From contig DYGY01000003.1 in NCBI GenBank assembly GCA_020724425.1, positions 65,233 to 129,232 on the forward strand: 64,000 nt of DNA, read 5' to 3'. The notes under the pieces were generated by a model. That model was not told the DNA's origin, ran no database searches, and saw only the letters and a program-made list of their open reading frames with translations. Source of the stretch: Thermaerobacter marianensis (GTDB lineage: Bacteria > Bacillota > Sulfobacillia > DVGY01). The position numbers and the translations under genes are program-made. Shown piece after piece: positions 59,290 through 64,000 of this stretch; position 1 is the first letter of the stretch, and each line of letters begins with the position of its first letter.

Positions 59290-60120
59290 CTAGTGAACAG
59301 GGTCTTGAATATTCTTGCTATATTGCCCAGGCGTAACACCAACAACCCTTTTAAAACTCCTATTCAAATGACTCTGATCAGCAAAACCCGTAACATTAGC
59401 AACCTCCACCAAAGGAACCATCTCACTTAATAGCACCTTGGCCCTATTCACTCTCACCTGAGTCAAATAAGTATGAGGAGGAAGACCAACCTCTTCAGAA
59501 AAGACCCGAGTCAAATGATAAGGACTAACATTAACCACCTGAGCAAGTTCTTTGAGCGAAACATTTTGAGAAAAATTGGCTTCAAGGTAATCCTTCACTT
59601 GCTTAACAGCCTCTTTCTCCCTCCTAGCCCAAAGATTAAGCGAATAATCAGAGTATTTATCTATCAAAGCCACCAAAACAGCCATCAACCTTGTTTCAGC
59701 TTCCAAAAGCCCAATCCCACCTTCCTCTAACAGAAGATGCAGGCTATATAATTGAGTAGCAATATCCCTATCTCTTAAAACGCCTTCGCTAAAGAATGGC
59801 ATAACCTGTTTTCTCGAAACTTCAGCAGTCAACTCTCCTAGCAACTCTGACCTGATATAAAACATCCTATAACTCCAACCATCCACTGAATACCCATCAT
59901 GACTCTCCCCAGGCACAGCAAGATTAATCTCACCTCTACCGGCAGAATAATGCTGATGACGATAATTGAACTGCAAAAGCCCTTTTTCAATTACCCCAAT
60001 CGCATAACCCTCGTGATAGTGACGAGAAAAACTCTGCTTCAGATAATCTGCTCTTAACAGTTCAACACCCTTAAGATCAGGATACTGCCAGATTGTCTGC
60101 CTCTGGTTTGCTTGAGCCAT
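59290..60120 (-). CDS. AraC-family transcriptional regulator (cupin sensor + two HTH)
   Basis: C-terminal LKELAQVVNVSPYHLTRVF...GFADQSHLNRSFKRVVGVTP. The start is MAQANQ with AAGGAGG SD. Confidence 0.8.
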   Translation of the reverse strand: MAQANQRQTIWQYPDLKGVELLRADYLKQSFSRHYHEGYAIGVIEKGLLQFNYRHQHYSAGRGEINLAVPGESHDGYSVDGWSYRMFYIRSELLGELTAEVSRKQVMPFFSEGVLRDRDIATQLYSLHLLLEEGGIGLLEAETRLMAVLVALIDKYSDYSLNLWARREKEAVKQVKDYLEANFSQNVSLKELAQVVNVSPYHLTRVFSEEVGLPPHTYLTQVRVNRAKVLLSEMVPLVEVANVTGFADQSHLNRSFKRVVGVTPGQYSKNIQDPVH

Positions 60121-60204
60121 GAGAAACCTCCTTCCACTATTTATATAGCGTATATACTTAAGCTCTTCCTGATAATAAATATAACAGGCCACTATCATCA
60201 TAAT

Positions 60205-60996
60205 CTAACAATTACATCGCTGAGAAAGCCCCTTAATAGCTTTAGTAGCCATAGAAGAATAGATATATGAGTCTAAAGCTGTACCTCCAATATCTTCATA
60301 GAAACCCGCAATCAAAAAACCAGCTTCAATCTGACCTTGAATTTGATCTTCAAGGCTATGCCCAAAACAAACACCTTCATTTCTATCAAGGACTAACTCT
60401 TTAAGCTCCTCCCTAGAAATACTTGTTAAGTCCGAATAAGGAATCGTATGCCTAATAACAAACCTACCCTCTTCTAAACACTTTAGATCAAAAATATACT
60501 CAATAGGGTTACCAAATCCAGAGATAAGGGTCCCTCCCCACCGTAAAACCCGATAGGCTTCTCTCCACACAGGCTTAACATCATCTATAAAACCATTAGA
60601 CCAGGGGTGAATAATAAGATCAAAAGATTGATCATTAAACACACTCAAATCCCTCATATCACCTTGAACTATGTCGATTTTAAGATTATCCCTCTCTGCT
60701 ACCATAAGGTCCTGCTGAAGTTGTTTCTCGCTAACATCAAAAATAGTAACTTTAGCCCCTAAAGCTGCTAGTATCGGTCCCTGCTGTCCTCCCCCACTAG
60801 CCAAACCAAGAACATCTTTACCCTCAAAACTATCAGGAAACCAAGCTCGTGGCACCTTCTTTGAAGGTGTAACAACAATACTAAAGACTCCCTCTTTAGC
60901 CTTCCTAACCTCTTCACTGCTTACAGGTCTTGACCAGATATACCCCTCTTCTACCTTCCTGTCCCAGATTCTTTGATTAGCCTTAACATAATCCAT
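60205..60996 (-). CDS. Class I SAM-dependent methyltransferase
   Basis: VLGLASGGG motif I, DLIIHPWS. Confidence 0.65.
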   Translation of the reverse strand: MDYVKANQRIWDRKVEEGYIWSRPVSSEEVRKAKEGVFSIVVTPSKKVPRAWFPDSFEGKDVLGLASGGGQQGPILAALGAKVTIFDVSEKQLQQDLMVAERDNLKIDIVQGDMRDLSVFNDQSFDLIIHPWSNGFIDDVKPVWREAYRVLRWGGTLISGFGNPIEYIFDLKCLEEGRFVIRHTIPYSDLTSISREELKELVLDRNEGVCFGHSLEDQIQGQIEAGFLIAGFYEDIGGTALDSYIYSSMATKAIKGLSQRCNC

Positions 60997-61114
60997 AGAC
61001 CTACTCTCTCCCTAACTCCTCATTAATCTCTTCAAGGTGTTTCTCCACATTATTAAATCCAGTCTTTATATTCCAAGCAATAATCAATAAAACAACCAAG
61101 ATTACAACCTCAAC

Positions 61115-61714
61115 TCAACACTCCTCCCCTATACTTCTAATAACTAAATCAGTAACCTCTTCAGTAGGCTTTAATCCATTGACAACAAGGTTAGCGGACT
61201 CACAAACAGTATCATTAATCTGCTTATAACCACTACCTAAGCCAGCTAAATAATCAGTAAGAAATCCCTCAACAATCTCTAATTTCTTTTTCGCCTCAAG
61301 CTCCTTATACTCAATCTGCAAGTCTCTTAAGACTCTCCTAGCTAGAGAAATATCTAAAGGAATCTTAAGGCAAACAACAAAATCTAACACCTCTTTCATA
61401 CCCTCTCTTAACCTGCCAAAAGGTTCTTCCACCACAATATAATCAGTTGGTAATACTTCCCTACCCCAGGGATCAATAACCTTCCTTCCATTCTTTAAAC
61501 TAACAAGATCTTCAAAGAATTTAGGACTCCTAATCTCTGCTGGATTTATCATCTCACCCCTTGCTAAACTCTTTAACATATCCTCAGGATATGCCGTAGT
61601 CTCTTGATAAGCATCATAATACAACGATGAAGCATCTAATCTCTTGGATAACTCACCAACCAGTGTGGACTTTCCCGCTCCGGATGTTCCTGCTATAGCA
61701 ATGACAAACCCCAT
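61115..61714 (-). CDS. P-loop NTPase, uridine-kinase/PRK-like small-molecule kinase
   Basis: IAIAGTSGAGKSTL Walker A; lid region ARRVLRD. Confidence 0.5.
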   Translation of the reverse strand: MGFVIAIAGTSGAGKSTLVGELSKRLDASSLYYDAYQETTAYPEDMLKSLARGEMINPAEIRSPKFFEDLVSLKNGRKVIDPWGREVLPTDYIVVEEPFGRLREGMKEVLDFVVCLKIPLDISLARRVLRDLQIEYKELEAKKKLEIVEGFLTDYLAGLGSGYKQINDTVCESANLVVNGLKPTEEVTDLVIRSIGEEC

Positions 61715-61718
61715 ACCC

Positions 61719-62357
61719 CTACCTCCTTGCCTTTAATATCCAAGCAAGAGTTGAACCTCTTTCATACTCAACGGTAAACCCAAGCTTCCTTAAAACCTCA
61801 ATACTCCTATCAATTCTCCCAGGATACTCCTCAGCCATGTCCTCCAGAATATCTACCCTGCTCTCACTCTTAAGTCTCTCTACTACTTCCCTTTTTTGCA
61901 GACAATCTTTAAACATAAAATCTCCAATAACAATTACACCCGTATCTTTTAGCACCCTATCCATTTCCTTAAAAGCCTCTTCCTTTTCCTCTTCTGTTAA
62001 ATGATGAAAAGCAAAAGAAGAGACTATACGGTCAAACATGCCATTCTCATAAGGAATATTTAAGAAACTTCCATAAGCTAGATTGGCTTTAAGTCCTTTC
62101 TCCTCTAACTTCCTCATCATCTTCTTAGAAATATCTATACCATAAAGTTCGATATCTTTCGGCATTCTCTCAACAAGAAGACCAGTACCAATACCAATAT
62201 CTAATACAGCCATAGCCTCCCTCAGATCCAATAACTCAACTATCCTAGTAAGAATACAATAATAGTTCTCACGAACATAATCATCTAAATCCTCTAAGAC
62301 TTTCTCATCATACGTGTCAGCTTGATCATCATGACAGCCCCTCTTTAGATGATCCAC
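61719..62357 (-). CDS. Class I SAM-dependent methyltransferase (Methyltransf_11-like)
   Basis: VLDIGIGTG motif I; FDRIVSSFAFHH. Confidence 0.65.
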   Translation of the reverse strand: MDHLKRGCHDDQADTYDEKVLEDLDDYVRENYYCILTRIVELLDLREAMAVLDIGIGTGLLVERMPKDIELYGIDISKKMMRKLEEKGLKANLAYGSFLNIPYENGMFDRIVSSFAFHHLTEEEKEEAFKEMDRVLKDTGVIVIGDFMFKDCLQKREVVERLKSESRVDILEDMAEEYPGRIDRSIEVLRKLGFTVEYERGSTLAWILKARR

Positions 62358-62360
62358 CTA

Positions 62361-63767
62361 TCACTCCTCCTTTAATGCTCTTACATACCCCCTAAACCTC
62401 TCTACCATCAGTTCTCCTAACTTAAAGATGGCATCCTCATTCCCTACATGACCAATAATCTGAATACCTATAGGCATACCATCAGATTCACCTACAGGAA
62501 CAGTCAACACCGGTAAACCCCAAGTATTAGCATAAGCTACAAAAGGCATATATTTCTTGTAACTTAAAGCTAAAGAGAAGATCTCCCTATACACTCTCCC
62601 ATGTAACTGGGCCGGAGAATGATACACAGGTAGAATCAAAAGACGACTAGCAAAATATTCTTCTAAGACCTTTTCACCCTCAGCAATAGTTAACTCAATC
62701 TCCCTGATTCGCCCATCCTTTGGCCTAAAAAGACTAGCTCCCACAACTGCCCAGGTAAAATAGTGATGCAAATCAGTAGAACCCAAAAACTTCTCCCTGA
62801 AATGCTCACTAACCGGATTCTTCTTCCCATAAGCAATAGCTGATACTGCTCTAGCCCCATCAACAGACATAATCTCCTGCCACAAGGTTGCCGAATCACG
62901 ATAGTATGGAGGTTCTTCATCCACTAAAGAAAACTCCTCCTTCAGATAGCTCCTCACCTTCTCTAACTCAAACCTTGTATCCTCATCCGTAGGAAACACT
63001 AAAGACTCAAGAGGAAATACCAGTTCAAAAGACTCCAACTCTCTTTCTTCTGGAATATCTCTAGCAATAATCTCATTAATCAACCTTGCATCCTGCACTG
63101 ACTTAGACATAGCACCAATACCAAGCATTCTCTCCTGTAAAGCATTTTCAACATAAGGAAAAGAACCCACTTGAGATACCTGCCTATTACCACTCTTAAA
63201 GCCAATAACACCGTTAAAATGAGCCGGCAACCTAATAGACCCCCCAATATCAGAACCCAATCCCACAGCCGCACCACCAACAGCAATCAATGCTGCTTCC
63301 CCTCCGCTAGAACCACCAGCAGTTCGCTTAACATCCCAGGGATTATTAGTCCTTCCATACAATTTGTTCTCTGTTTCCTGACAGAAACAAAGAACAGGAG
63401 TATTAGTCTTACCAAGAATAATGGCGCCCTCTTTCCTTAATCGCGAGACGACCTCCGCGTCCATCTCCTTAACCTCATCGGTTAAACTAGGAATACCTCC
63501 AGTAGTTTTCATACCCTTAACATCAAAGGACTCCTTCATGCTAATAGGCACACCTAACAACCGGCCAACTTCTCCCCTAGCTATAGCTGCATCAGCTACC
63601 TCTGCTTCCTTTAACGCTTCAGAAAACCTTTCTTCCACAAGACAATTAACTTTAGGATTGACCTCCTCTAGTCTTTCGATATACTCCTTAGTTGCCTGTA
63701 CCGAAGTAACCTCCCGGGTAGCAATCTTTCTAGCTAAAGTGGTAGCATCCCAGTCAAGAATAGCCAT
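62361..63767 (-). CDS. Amidase-signature (AS) family amidase
   Basis: GGSSGGEAALIAVGG...GSDIGGSIRLPA Ser-cisSer-Lys signature. Confidence 0.8.
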   Translation of the reverse strand: MAILDWDATTLARKIATREVTSVQATKEYIERLEEVNPKVNCLVEERFSEALKEAEVADAAIARGEVGRLLGVPISMKESFDVKGMKTTGGIPSLTDEVKEMDAEVVSRLRKEGAIILGKTNTPVLCFCQETENKLYGRTNNPWDVKRTAGGSSGGEAALIAVGGAAVGLGSDIGGSIRLPAHFNGVIGFKSGNRQVSQVGSFPYVENALQERMLGIGAMSKSVQDARLINEIIARDIPEERELESFELVFPLESLVFPTDEDTRFELEKVRSYLKEEFSLVDEEPPYYRDSATLWQEIMSVDGARAVSAIAYGKKNPVSEHFREKFLGSTDLHHYFTWAVVGASLFRPKDGRIREIELTIAEGEKVLEEYFASRLLILPVYHSPAQLHGRVYREIFSLALSYKKYMPFVAYANTWGLPVLTVPVGESDGMPIGIQIIGHVGNEDAIFKLGELMVERFRGYVRALKEE

Positions 63768-64000
63768 ATTGGAACCCCCTTTCAGTGAACGTATTTGCTA
63801 AAAAGTCTTAGGTTCCTTTTTTAACTTTAACAACACGTAGTTTTCAATCTCACTCCACAATTTACAAAAATTGTACCTGCTAATATCAATAGTTTTACTA
63901 GCTATATTCTTATACATCGAAAACATAGCTACTGTATCAAAGAAGATTGCATTATCACACAATCTACAACTGATGACCCTCAAATTAGATGCTTTAATAT

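Noticed and set aside
1-64000. CRISPR arrays, tRNA/rRNA genes, transposases, integrases or phage modules
   Set aside because: No regularly spaced direct repeats, no tRNA cloverleaf candidates, and no recombinase or phage-structural motifs were seen in any frame. The window appears to be ordinary chromosome rather than a mobile island.

Overview
The window is a 64-kb chromosomal segment of a low-GC, endospore-forming, apparently anaerobic Firmicute (Clostridia-like). It is gene-dense, mostly housekeeping or accessory metabolism. I found no rRNA or tRNA genes, CRISPR arrays, transposases, integrases or phage genes. Main themes: (1) Anaerobic N-oxide metabolism: the N-terminal ~360 aa of respiratory nitrate reductase NarG at the left edge, next to an OmpR-type two-component system; a quinol-dependent NO reductase (qNorB) followed by a Crp/Fnr-family regulator, a hemerythrin-like protein, a reverse rubrerythrin and a cupin. 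CRP-type palindromes (TGTGA-N6-TCACA) sit in two intergenic regions of this group. (2) Spore biology: a long alpha/beta-type SASP, a SleB-like cortex hydrolase, a SpoIID-domain/amidase fusion, DUF1540, a LysM protein and a gerK-type germinant receptor operon (A-C-B). (3) A probable cobalamin riboswitch with terminator/attenuator in front of an ECF-transporter S component. (4) A c-di-GMP turnover module: HD-GYP divergent from EAL, an MBL-fold diiron-like protein and a small ORF. (5) The most unusual structural signal: two diverged (~90% identical) copies of a ~300-370 bp non-coding element in inverted orientation about 27.6 kb apart (13693-13990 and 41544-41915). Each carries a GGAGGA..TCCTCC hairpin/T-tract and a shared mini-ORF (MTEVTGIHATSIM...). 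The 13.7-kb copy supplies the start of a downstream thioredoxin-fold gene. Other genes: crcB-DUF190, cspA-like, trpS, arsC, ldh, capA-like, sbcCD, a dGTPase-like HD protein, several MFS/EamA transporters, and an amidase/methyltransferase/P-loop kinase/methyltransferase operon next to an AraC regulator. All functional calls come from motif recognition in the translated ORFs. No database searches were run.
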